From Anthoceros angustus (Eukaryota; Plantae; Anthocerotophyta): a DNA stretch of 64,000 bases. Below, piece by piece: positions 49,768 to 61,129 of the stretch. A program made the position numbers and the translations under genes. Each line of letters begins with the position of its first letter. The first letter of the stretch is position 1. Location of the stretch: positions 1,128,971 to 1,192,970 of the forward strand of contig MU008175.1 in assembly GCA_010909165.1 (NCBI GenBank). Direction: 5' to 3'. The notes beneath the pieces are model-generated. The model saw only the letters and a list, made by a program, of their open reading frames with translations, did not search any database and had not been told where the DNA came from.

Positions 49768-49895
49768 CATAACATGGAGTAAATTTGCTGGATAGATAAT
49801 CATAACGTCGAGTAAATCTTCATAATATCAGGTAAAAAATTGTAATATTAGGTAAAAATTTACAACATCAAGTAAATTTGCATAACATCGGGTAG
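49768..49895. repeat. 20-bp period degenerate tandem repeat (5-6 copies)
   Basis: cataacatcgagtaaattt-like units at ~49768, 49801, 49821, 49841, 49861, 49881. Confidence 0.7.
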
Positions 49896-49973
49896 GTCAG
49901 TTTTCAAAAGCTGATTAGGTTAGAGTATGTCCTCAAACTCAGCCTTTCTACACTACAATGACCCTAGGGTTAG

Positions 49974-50170
49974 TTGATTAGAAGAGAACTCATTCCCTAT
50001 AACTTCCCTAATTTGGCCTCCCTTCAAACCCAAGCTCAGAGCACTAGGGTTAATGGGGATTCTACAATAGAAAAGCTGATTAGAAGGGAAATCATTCCCG
50101 ATAGCTTCCTTGATTTGGCCTCCCTCCACAAGTTGAACATAAGTTGCAACCAGGTGATTAGAAAGGCGTT
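49974..50170 (+). pseudogene. Degenerate plant-type LRR fragment
   Basis: IPYNFPNLASLQ and IPDSFLDLASLHKLNISCNQ resemble the plant LRR consensus IPxxxxxLxxLxxLxLSxN. Confidence 0.4.
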
Positions 50171-50378
50171 GAGCTTCATCCACATGCCGTAACTTGTAAA
50201 TCCTGTTGCCCTCTTGGTCCAGAGTACCAACTAAGCGCTATTGGTATTGTTGGGGGTTCCAGGAGGTGCAGCAGCATCACAAATAAATGGAAGACTTCAG
50301 TCTTTACCCCCACCCCCGCACCCCCATCTAGTAAGCTATCTCCTAGGTTGTGTCTTTATGCTTAGGCTTAAAGTAGGG

Positions 50379-51058
50379 CTAGTAATCTATCAAACCTAGG
50401 CCTTCCATATGCTTGAAGTGCTTGTCTTTAGGAAGCACCTTGGTTAGGATGTCTGTTGTATTAGCATCAATGGAAACATACAGAATTTTTAGGATCCCCC
50501 TCTCGGCGCCATCCCTAAAGTAGTGGTGTTGGATCTTGATGTGCTTGGTCCAGGCATGGAAGCGAGGATAGGCAATAAGAGCAATAGCACACTGGTTATT
50601 GCCAAAGAGGAGAGTGGGTTGCGGCTGTGGTTCACCAAGGTCATGTAAGAAAGACCTTTCCCACTCTATCTCATTGGTAGAATTAGTAAGTAACTTATAC
50701 TCAACCTCTATGCTGGAAAGGGCGATGCTAGTTTGCTTTTTACACCTCCAGTTGACGACTACTTGGGATAGGAGAAAGACATATGTGGACAAACTCTTAC
50801 GAGAATCGTTATCCGAGGCCCAGTCTGCGTCAGTAAACCCATGTAAAGAGGTAAGATGTGACTAAGTGTCCACTACTCTTATAGCAAAGCCCATAATAGT
50901 GTGTGCCTTTAAGATATTGGAAAATCTGCTTTACGGCAATCTAATGAGCATGGCCAGGTTTCTCCAGAAATTAGGAAGCTGTATTGACAGAGTGTTAAAT
51001 TTCAGGTCTGGTCCAATTGCTAACAAAAATCAAGCTGCCAACTGCAAAGCGATCATTA
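50379..51058 (-). mobile_element. Ty1/copia pol fragment (end of RT plus RNase H), degenerate
   Basis: FAVGSLIF...TRPEI...H*IAVKQIFQYLKGT...GFTDADWASD..SRKS...KKQTSIALSSIEVEY...TKHIKIQHHY...DILTK. Confidence 0.92.
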
Positions 51059-51087
51059 CTAGGGAGAGGGGGGTTTTACAAAACCCC
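51059..51087 (-). mobile_element. Helitron-type 3' terminus (hairpin plus CTAG|T)
   Basis: The minus strand reads ggggtttt-gt-aaaacccc ctctcc CTAG|T exactly where the copia homology stops. Confidence 0.6.
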
Positions 51088-51480
51088 TTTTGTAAATGTC
51101 CCAATCTTTACAACGTCTAAAAACCTCCGTTGTAAATTGGTTTAAGTTTCGCTGATGTGGCAAGTTTTAAGACTCGGTTTACAATGCGGGTTTCTAGTTG
51201 GATGATATGGCACTCTTTTGGGTGCTCACAACAACGGATCAATGGCGTAGCTCCTTCGTTGAATTACGTTGTAAAAGCCTTTTTCAAAATTTGATCTTTA
51301 TTTTGTAAAATCTTTAATAATATCACTAATCACAAAAATATGATTGGAAGCCATTTACCGTTGCATGCGATGGCGTGGCTCCTTGTTGTAGATTATGTTG
51401 TAAAAGCCTTTTTCTTAAAATTTGGCGGGGTAAGTGCGGGGAGGAGGGGAAGTGGGTAGGAAGGGATAGAGGAAGAGTTT
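51068..51480. repeat. AT-rich ~410-bp module, copy 1 of 3 (others ~52141-52560 and ~62625-63040)
   Basis: Near-identical text in all three places (ttttacaaaacccc...gatgtggcaagttttaagactcgg...tcactaatcacaaaaatatgattggaagcc...cttaaaatttggcgggg). Confidence 0.92.
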
Positions 51481-53330
51481 TGGTGCGGGGAGGGTGGCGG
51501 AGAGGAGGCGAGCCATTGGCATGCTAGCCAGCGGATTGCCCGGCTAGCCATTGTCGGGCGTTAGGCGCCATTGTATGGCCAACCATTGTCGGGCGTTAGG
51601 CGCCATTGGGAAGGGATGGAGAGAGTTTTTGGTGGGGAGGAGTGGCGGTCGGGGAGGGTGGCGAGGCGGGGAGCCATTGATAGGCTGGCCAACCATTTGG
51701 GCCAGCCATTGTCGGGCATTGGGCGCCATTGAATGGCCAACCATTGTCGGGCGTTAGGCGCCATTGGATGGCCAGCCATTGTCGGGCATTGGGCGCCATT
51801 GGGATAGAGGGAGAGTTTTGGTGGGGAGGGTGGCGGGGAGGGTGGCGGGCGGGGAGCCATTGGCGGTACAGCGGATTGTCGGGCAGCCATTGTCGGGCCG
51901 ACCATTGTCGGGGTCGCGCCATTGTATGGCCATCCATTGTCGGGCGTTGGGCGCCATTGGGAAGGGATGGAGGAGAGTTTTGGTGGGGAGGGTGGCGGGC
52001 AAGGACCCATTGATAGGCTGGCCAGCGATTGTCGGGCCAGCCATTGGACGACCATTGTGGGCGTTGGCGCCATTGTAGCCATCCATTGTGTTGGCGCCAT
52101 TGGGAAGGGATGGAGGTGGTGAGGGGTGGCGGGCGGCGGGGAGGGTTTTACAAAACCCCTTTTGTAAATGTCCCAATCTTTAGCGTCTAGAAACCTCCGT
52201 TGTAAATTGGTTTAAGTTTATTGATGTGGCAAGTTTTAAGACTCGGTTTTACAATGCGGGTTTCTAGTTGGATGATATGGCACTCTTTTGGGTGCTCATT
52301 TACAACAACGGATCAATGGCGTAGCTCCTTCGTTGTAGATTACGTTGTAAAAGCCTTTTTTCAAAATTTGATCTTTATTTTTGTAAAATCTTTAATAATA
52401 TCACTAATCACAAAAATATGATTGGAAGCCATTTACGTTGCATGCGATGTGGCTCCCTTGTTGTAGATTATGTTGTAAAAGCCTTTTTCTTAAAATTTGG
52501 CGGGGTAAGGGGTAAGGGGAGGGGGAAGTGGGTAGGAAGGGGATAGAGGAAGAGTTTTTGGTGCGGGGAGGTGGCGGGCGGAGGAGGCGGGGAGCCATTG
52601 GCATGCTAGCGGCGGTGCCCGGCTAGCCATTGTCGGGCGTTGGCGCCATTGTATGGCCAACCATTGTCGGGCATTGGCGCCATTGGGAAGGGGATGGAGA
52701 GAGAGTTTTGGTGGGGAGGAGGTGGCGGGCGGGGAGGGTGGCGGGCGGGGAGCCATTGTCGGGCGCCATTGGATGGCCAGCCATTGTCGGGCGCCATTGA
52801 ATGGCCAACCATTGTCGGGCGTTGGGCCCTATTGTATGGCCAACCATTGTCGGGCGTTGGGCGCCATTAGGAAGGGGATGGAGGAGAGTTTTGGTGGGGG
52901 AGTGGCGGGCGGGGAAGGGGTGGCGGCGGGGAGCCATTGGGAGGCTGGCGAGGATTGTCGGGCCGACCATTGTGGGCGTTAGGCGCCATTGTATAATGTG
53001 TCGGGCGCCATTGGGAAGGGGATGGAGGAGAGTTTTGTGGGGGAGGTGGCGGGGAGGGTGGCGGAGGAGGCGGGGAGGTGGCGGGGAGGCGGGGGTGGCG
53101 GGGAGCCATTGGCGGGCGGCCAGCGATTGTCGGGCGTTGGGCGCCATTGTATAGCCAACCATTGTCGGGCGTTGGATGCCATTAGGAAGAAGCGATGGAG
53201 GAGAGTTTTGGTGGGGAGGGTGGCAAGGACCCATTGATAGGCTGGCCGTGATTGTCGGGCCTGCCATTTTCGGGCCAGCCATTGTGGGGCGTTGGGCGCC
53301 ATTGTATGGCCATCCATTGTCGGGCGTTGG
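51480..53330. repeat. CCATTG/G-rich satellite, block 1
   Basis: Repeated ccattgtcgggcgtt(a/g)ggcgccattg alternating with ggaaggggatggaggagagttttggtggggagggtggcgg. Confidence 0.95.
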
Positions 53331-53331
53331 A

Positions 53332-56300
53332 CACTATCGCGACTTTCGGCAGAAGGCCAGCCGAGCGCACAATCCGTGTCGTTGTAGTAAGGTCAGAGAA
53401 TGATAAGCTCCGTTTGCAGCGTTTGGATTCTCACCTTTGCGTCGCTCAACTTAACACACGCAATCGTCGTTTCGTCTAACTACTCATAACGTTCACGAGG
53501 CCGGTGTGGCCAAGCGTTTAAGGACCCGTTTGCGTCCGTATCGTTCCGCGTCACTCGTTCCTTTAGTCCGTTCCTCTCATCACTCTCACTCGCTCATCAA
53601 CCTTGGAAAGAGCGCAAGTAGCTATCGGACCTCCTCCGTTGCTCAGCGGGCCTCTCGTCAGCTCTGCCTCCCGTTCCTCCGGCTCACACGTTCGGTCCGC
53701 TCGTCTTTGGGCGGCTGCTCAGACGAACACGGGTCCCCGATCGCTCTTCCACACACACACCACCACGTTAGGGTCGTCACGGGACCTTGATCGATCTCTC
53801 GGGAGGCGTGCACCTTTCGATGACTCGGGACTCACGTTAGCATGAAGACACACAAAGGTGCAAGCAGCATCAACACCAGAAGATGATTTATTGGGCGACC
53901 TCGGCCCTCTTATACTACGCCCAAGTCGGCGTCTTTATTACACCCTATTACGGTGGTGGCCATTTCGCTAATCGCCTACCATCCTATTCCTCCTCCTATC
54001 TCCTTCGGTGGGCACAGGAAGGTCACAGGTTCTCGGTATTGGTGGTCAATCTCCCGTCACGGCAGTTCGCGCTCGGATGATCCCGGCGGGGACCCCTTCC
54101 TCTTCCGGAATCACATCGGGTTGGGCTCGTGGTGCGGTGCCTAACGTCTTCCCCACAGCCCCGGTGGGTCCCCTCCGTGGGGCCCGTGGCTCCCCGGTAA
54201 GTCGGAGGGGACTCCTCCTTGCTTGAGTCGGACCTCGGGGTCGGTCTCGACTCCAGTCGAAAGAGTCGCCTTATTTCCAGTCGGTGCAGGGTCCGGTCTC
54301 ATCTCAGGGGTTCGGACCTCGGGGTCCGAACTTATTCGGTCCGGTCCCCAAGCTCCGGACCCCTTATGCGGACCTCTTGCTAGGCCTCATCCCTACCACC
54401 CTTGTCTTGGGTGGGTTGGCTCTCCTTCCGCCTTCGGGGCCCCACCTATCCTCCCGGGGTTGCGGTGGACTTACCACGAGGTCCGTTGTATTGGCGCGTC
54501 CTCCTCCAGGCTCTTCTCCCCAGCCGTCGTCTCCAAGCAGGGGCCACTAGGGTCCCGTCTTGTCCCCATGCCCTTCATCCCTTGAGGCCTTGGGGGTCCG
54601 TCCATTGTGGCGAGAGGCTTCAATGCCTTAAGGAGCTCGGGCGTGGTAGTAGGCAAAATCCGAGTCAATTTCTTTGGATTGCCTCTTCCACATGTGCCGG
54701 AGCACCGATACTCCTTCGCCATTGGTGCTCGGGTGGCGTCTTTGTCGGCTTCTTTGGACCATCTCTGCCGGGTTGTGGTGGGGGCGAATCTCGAGGCCAC
54801 AAGGGCGCCTCGGTCACCTCCTGGCCCTTGTTGCTCACTTTGCTCCGGCTCCGTCGTTTCCGCTCTGCTGCCGGCTTACACGCCATGGCGGCTCCCTTCC
54901 GCCTTCCCGCGGACCAGGTGCTTCTTTTGCGTCCGGTGCTCTCGCTCCCGTTCATCACGGCCTTTAGCTCGCCATCTCCCTCTCAGACGGTCGGGCAACT
55001 CTGCCCGTTGTGCCCTCAGTCCTTCTCCATTTCGGCGTCACGCTCCTTGTTCCATGCCTTACCTCCTCCGTCCAGAGTGGGCGCTCTATCTCTCGTTCGT
55101 GATCGTGATCACGCCTGCAGTACCATTCCTCTCAATGGTAACTTGGGCTGCGACTCGAGTCTCTTTGCGGTCTTCCATCTCCTGCCGCTGTTGCTCCACC
55201 TCGCGCAGCGGGTCAGGAGATCCTCCATCTCCTTGTCGCGGGCTTCCTTCTCCTCGGCATGGTGGCCCTTTGCTCGCCGCCTCCTGCTCCGTCTTGAGTT
55301 TAGCTATCTGCCGTCTCCCTCCACGGTTCGATCACGCCGATAGTGATCGCGGTCGATCTTAGCTGACTTCCGCCTCCCTCGCCGCCTTCACAGGCCCGCC
55401 CGGCGTCTTTGGTCGGTAGGGCCGCCTCGGCCGGTCGCGAGCCTTCTGCTTGCTCGGGCCTCCTCTGCCTCCTCTGCGCTACCCCTCTCGCTGCGAGGTC
55501 TTGACCAGCGCTTGGGCCTCCTGTGCTTGTGCTCACCCGGTGAAGGAATTTAGTCGGTCTGTCGAATGGACGGACTTCCCTTCGGCCTCCGTTTCCCTTC
55601 TTGATGCGGCGAGGCTTCCGCCTTCCTCCGCCTCTGGGCGCCTCCAATTGCTCTGGAGGAGCACCATCGCCTCCTTGTGGCTTCTACTTCACAGGTCTTC
55701 TCTGTCCCGAGACCCCGAGCATCTGATCCATGGTGGCAGGACCGTGTCTCTTCCACGGCCGCCCAGTGAGGCCCCCAAAAGTCCGTAGTGGAGGCGGGCA
55801 TCTCACGGTCCGCCAGGACCTCCATACCAGATCGGGAGTGAGTCGGGGTGGGTTCTCGGACCTAATCGGGTCCCTTAGGTCACGATTGGGGTGGGGCTTC
55901 ACCCTCCTTGGCCCTCTTGGCATTCCTTATTCGCCCTCTTAGTCACAGGGCTCGGAGGGTGAGGGGTCGAGGCGGCCTTGCCTCTCCCGGTCGGCAGCAG
56001 GCCCGGCTCGAGTGGGGTTCTTGCGGTGACCTCCACTCCTTGGGCGGCGTCCTTTACGCTCTTCTCACGCCTCTTGACCTCTTGCCACTCCGTGGGCGGG
56101 GGCAAGCCCGCACCGTGAGTCTTTGCGTTGGTGTGCAATCTTCCGCCTCTTGATGGTGCCCGAGTTCGTCGGGGCTCCTCTGCCGTTGTGGTGGTGGGTG
56201 TTTGTCGGCGTCTCTGCTTGCCTGTGCTCGTGAGGCACCAGAGGAGGCGGGGATATCTTCCACACTTCCCTAGGTGGTGAGGGGTCCGTTCGGGGCGTAT

Positions 56301-57621
56301 GGTCGGTATCCCTTCGATCGTCCTCCTCCGGACCCGTTTGGCCCTAGGGGTCGGGCCTCTACCTCAGGCGCCTTTGCCGCTCACAGTAGGGGCCACCCTT
56401 TCCGGGCGCCGCTCTACCTCCCCATCCTTGAGGTCGTAATGTCCCCATACATGGATCGGTATGGGGATAGTCGACAGTGGCTTCTCGCTCCTCGGCTTGC
56501 GGGCCTCTGGTGAACACAGATGATCCTTCCCGGTCGCCCTCTTGCCCAGCGCATGCGGGAACACCAACAAATTATCACCAAGGTGATCCACCTTGGTGAG
56601 CAAGTTCGATGGACAATGATCGGGACTGCCCTCACCTCATCCGGTGGTCAGGCATCAACCGGTAGTTGGTTGTCGCTGCGTTAAGACTTGACATCGCGCC
56701 CTTGCGCCTCTATCTTTCCCTCGCCTTGAGGGGCTGGGACTCAACCTCCTCCGTTGGGCGGTTGTAAGCCGCCCTCGGGACCTCAAGGTCCACCTCACAG
56801 GATCCTCCGGAGGTTCTTGGACCGAACCTCCTTGTTGGCGCCAACATCTTAGCGAACTCCGGACCGGGGTGACCTTGTCAAGCGTCGACGACTGGAACAC
56901 GTCTAAGTGCCACTCTTGACTAATCCTCCGCCTCCTCCGGCCATGGCCCAAAGTCCGGATAGCGCCGGGTTACAATGGCTCTACCGGGTTCCATGGCTCC
57001 CATACCTCCATGACCTTCTTGGGTCGCCTTCTTCTCCTTTCTTGTGGTGATTGCGAGATCGGCACGATCGCCCTCTTGGCTGCGTTATTGCTCCAACTAG
57101 CGGTGAGCGGCAGATGCTGGCGTTCGGAGATAGCGCGGAGGCGGGTTGCGGGCGCGAGGCTGCGGTGTCTCGGTCGCCAGAAATGACCCTCCTCGTCGGC
57201 CGGTTGGAAAGTAACGGGAGGTGCCTCTTCACATAGCGCAGTGCATGGCTTACTCGACCTTGCAGCGCCGTACTCGGCCTTCTGTTGCCGCCGGTCCAGG
57301 CGTGAATACCGCCTCTGCGGCCCAGCAGCTGGTCTGCTGCATGCGACCTCCACTCGGGGCCGTCACGTGGCGCCGCTCGATCATCCTCACGACTCAACTA
57401 AATTACTTTCCTGGCGTACTTATCTGTTTTGACCGGAGTGGGGTCCGGACTTATCCGATACCCGGTCGCGATCGTAGCTCGTAGTGGTATGAGGTCCGTT
57501 ACCCACTCCGGTCCTTACTCGAGCACAGACACCGTCCGCTTATTCCTCCTTTTCCGCCTTATTTTATTCTTGGACCTCTGAAAAAACAAAACCCCATATT
57601 TCCTAACCCCCAAAGGAAGTG
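53332..57621 (-). mobile_element. ~4.3 kb CACT...AGTG-ended insertion in the satellite carrying a degenerate minus-strand coiled-coil ORF
   Basis: Satellite sequence resumes on both sides (cgttgga|cacta ... ggaagtg|tggcgcc). Minus-strand E/K/R-rich fragments (EEKEARDKEMEDLL...EVEQQRQEMED). A homolog of its right end occurs inverted at 63594. Confidence 0.6.
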
Positions 57622-58450
57622 TGGCGCCATTGGGAAGTGGGATGGAGGAGAGTTTTGGTGGGGAAGTGGCGGGAGGAGGTGTAGGGAGGCATTGGCTGGC
57701 GGCGATTGTCGGGCCGGCCAAGGCGTTAGGCGCCATTGTGTAGCCATTGTGGCGTTGGGCGCCATTGGGAAGGGGATGGAGGAGAGTTTTTGGTGGGGAG
57801 GTTGCGGGGCGGTAGGAGGTGGCAACGGGGAGCCATTGGCGGCTGGCCAGCGATTGTCGAGCCAGCCATTGTATCCTAGCCATTGTCAGGCGTTAGGCGC
57901 CATTGTGCGTTGTCGGGCGTTAGCGCCATTGGGAAGGGGATGGAGGAGAGTTTTGGTGGGGAGGAGGAGGTGAGGCGGGGAGGGTGGCGGGGAGGAGGTG
58001 GCGAGGCTGGGGCGGTGTCGAGCGGCCGGGTGCTCAGACGGCCGTTATCGGCCAGCAGTGATCGGGCGCCATTGTGGCCAACCATTGTCGGGCGTTAGGC
58101 GTCATTGTATGGCCCGGATGTAGCGTTGGGTGCGATGGATGGCGAGTTTGTCGGGCGGTGGGCGCCATGGTTGGGCATTGGGCGTAGTTGGGCATTAGGC
58201 GCCATAGTTGGGCATTGTGCGCCATATTTGGGCATTAGGCACCATTATTGGGCGTTGGGGGCCTTTGTTGGGCGATAATTGGGCGCCATGGCAGCGTTGG
58301 GCGCCATTGAGCGTTGTTGGGCGCGATAGTTGGGCGTTAAGCGGCACTATAGTTGGGCGTTAATGGGATGCCATTATTATTTGGCGTTAAGGCGCCATTG
58401 TATAAGTCAATGTCGGCGTTAGGGGCCAATGTCGGGCGCCATTATATGTG
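57622..58450. repeat. CCATTG/G-rich satellite, block 2 (degenerating rightwards)
   Basis: Same motifs and orientation as block 1. Confidence 0.9.
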
Positions 58451-58489
58451 ATGGATTAATGTCGGGCATGAGCATAACGCAGGCGCTTC

Positions 58490-59032
58490 ATATCGATATG
58501 GATTATCACGCATGTCGAGCTTGTAAATGATAGGAGATTCATGGCGGGTAAACAACTGACTCCTAGAGTAGAAGTAGGATGGGCACATGCCATGTCAAAC
58601 TTGTAAAATCTTAGCAATATATTTATGTTGATGAATAATTAGACCATATCGACTGTGGAATCTTGGATGGAAACAATTACCGTCACTATTTGTCATCTCG
58701 AAAGGGTAATAACATACCGCGGCATGTATGAACAAGGTTGGTATTAGCGGCCAGAATAAGGTCATCAGCGTGAGGCGAGAAAACAAGGAGGGCCCATCTT
58801 GGAAAACATAAACATTGGACATTGCTGTTGCCGAAACCAAGTACTTAGAGGCCTTATGTCGCGGCTGTCGTCTTCTGCACTTTGCTTTAATTCATACAAG
58901 CATTTGATAAGTAAACAAACATAATCCTGGTGTGCAGGATTCTCACAACCTTTAGGCTACTCCATGTACAAATCCTCGTCAAGGATGCCATATAAAAAGG
59001 TTGTGCAAACATCCATCTACTGGAGTTCCCAA
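58490..59032 (-). mobile_element. Ty1/copia reverse-transcriptase fragment, degenerate
   Basis: WELQ*MDVCTTFLYGILDEDLYME*PKG...VCLLIKCLYELKQSA...FEMT...GLIIHQHKYIAKIL..KFDM...MRDNPYR, read across frames. Confidence 0.88.
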
Positions 59033-60972
59033 TGTTATGCTATGTGATACTAATCTTTGCACTTGGGTTTAGTGTTTGATTAGCATTAATTAATCTACAT
59101 ATCTTTAAGTAAGTAATTAGTGTTAAATTAGTCTAAAATACTTATGTTAATTAAGCATTTATTAGTGTTAATTAACATGATTAGAAATAGCTATGTGGAT
59201 AAGCTCGAGTAATATGTAGCATATTACCATATTATAGTGTGCTTAGGATATTTCCGGCATATGCTAATGCCGATAGGATATCTTAGGAATATGGCGATGC
59301 TGAGGTAGTATATATAGACCCTTTCGCGGAGGACAAGTTGGATCATGGCTTGTCTCTAGATATCTGATGCAAGAGTGTTGTGAGGAGGCCAAAATTATGA
59401 CTCAGGAAGGCGATGTGTGAGGAATTTGTGTTGTTACCGTGGGAAAAGTGTGTTTGTGCTGCGCATTCTCACTCCTATTGTTCGATGGTTTCCTATACTT
59501 GCATATTAGATTTGTTTTGCTTGGTTGTTTGTTTGAGGAGTGCTTACGTAAATTCAAGTGCTTGAATGCGGACTCAGAACTAGTTTATACAACTATGAGA
59601 GAGCTCGGTCTTGTGATTCGTTGAATATTTGAAGATGCCACGCAACTTTGGCTGTGCTTATCGGCGCAGTGATTACTTCTACTAGGCAAAAATGAGTGGT
59701 TGGCGCTTTCTTGCCGAGGTGGCACGGCTAGTCACCATTCTGGACTCTTGGTTGAATCCAAGGCGGATTTGAGATTACAGCAGACCTCACCTGACTCAAA
59801 GATCTTTGTGTCATCATCAAGTTTCGGATCAGGGACTGAAGCTCGAGTGGAGGAAGTCGATCTTCATTAAAAGTTGATTTCTTTCTTTGGAGGCGATCTG
59901 TTTGCGTGGGGCTTTCAATGAAACATGGCAATGGGATCAGCGGGCTCGGATCCTAAGGGTGGCGTTTAGCGCCTCTTCCTTTCGAGGGCGTCTGGGAAGG
60001 GAGCCAAGCACGTCGGTTCTTGGCTTCATCCATCATTATTTGATGAGATGAATCGTTACTCAGCATGTTAATCGGTGAAGAGGCGGTGGTGAGCAGGAGC
60101 CAGGCGGGAACTCTTGCTCTCTCAACTCTTCTGGCTACTAGCCGGTGTTCTCCATATGTCTACTTTCTCCTCCACTATGCCTCCATATGCCCTGCGTATA
60201 CTATCACTTGGATGGCCTTGATATGAGGTTCGGGTTCGAGATGTTGCTTATGTCAGGCGAGTGGCACTTGAATTTATATAGCATATTCAGCAGCAAACAA
60301 ATCTAATTGAGATATAGGTGCAAACCAATTGTAACAACGGGGAGGGAGGAGTAGCTTGCGTCGTGGCACAAACACACTCTCCCAGGAACAACAAATTCCT
60401 GTTACTCTGGAGTCAGGCTTTGGCCTACATTGCTTGCATATCTGGAGGACTTGGTATGATCGGCGTCCAAATGGAAGGGTCCAGCCATCTGACCACGGCG
60501 TGACATATTCTTAAGATGTCGGGCGTGTATCACGAATATCTGATACACTATATTAATGCAAGGAATATGCGCATATTCTTGATATCCACTATATGTGAGA
60601 ATACACTATAATATGCAAGGAATATGCAAAGGCAGTTACTTGAGCTTATCCATAGCTATTGCTAACCATGTTTAATTAACACTAATAAATGCTTAATTAA
60701 CATAAGCATCTTAGATTAATTAACACTAATTACTTATAAGATAAGTAATTAGATTAATTAACACTAATTACTTACTTAAAGATAAGTAATTAGATTAATT
60801 AACATTAATTACTTACTAAAAGATGTAGTTAGATTAATTAACACTAATTACTTCTTAAAGATAAGTAATTAGATTAATTAACACTAATTACTTACTAAAA
60901 GATATGTAGTTAGATTAATTAATGCCAATCAAACACTAAAACCAAGTGCGAGATTAGTATCCTGGCATGACA
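59033..60972. mobile_element. Long imperfect inverted repeat (arms ~59033-59562 and ~60262-60972) with TGT...ACA ends; LTR-like
   Basis: The reverse complement of the right arm aligns with the left arm throughout (gatactaatc, ttatgttaattaagcatttattagtgttaatt, gtgtgtttgtgc, attagatttgttt, aaattcaagtgc). The right arm has an expanded ~41-bp AT tandem. Confidence 0.75.
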
Positions 60973-61129
60973 AGCTTCATGCGAGGTAAGCCATATATAA
61001 ACACTTATCGACCAACAAAGCAAACAAATCTAATACGTGATATATAGGTGCAAACAAATCCAAACATCCCCCTCGATAATGTGAGGCGCAAGTCAAAACA
61101 TTATCATTAATAGGACTACATTCGCACCT

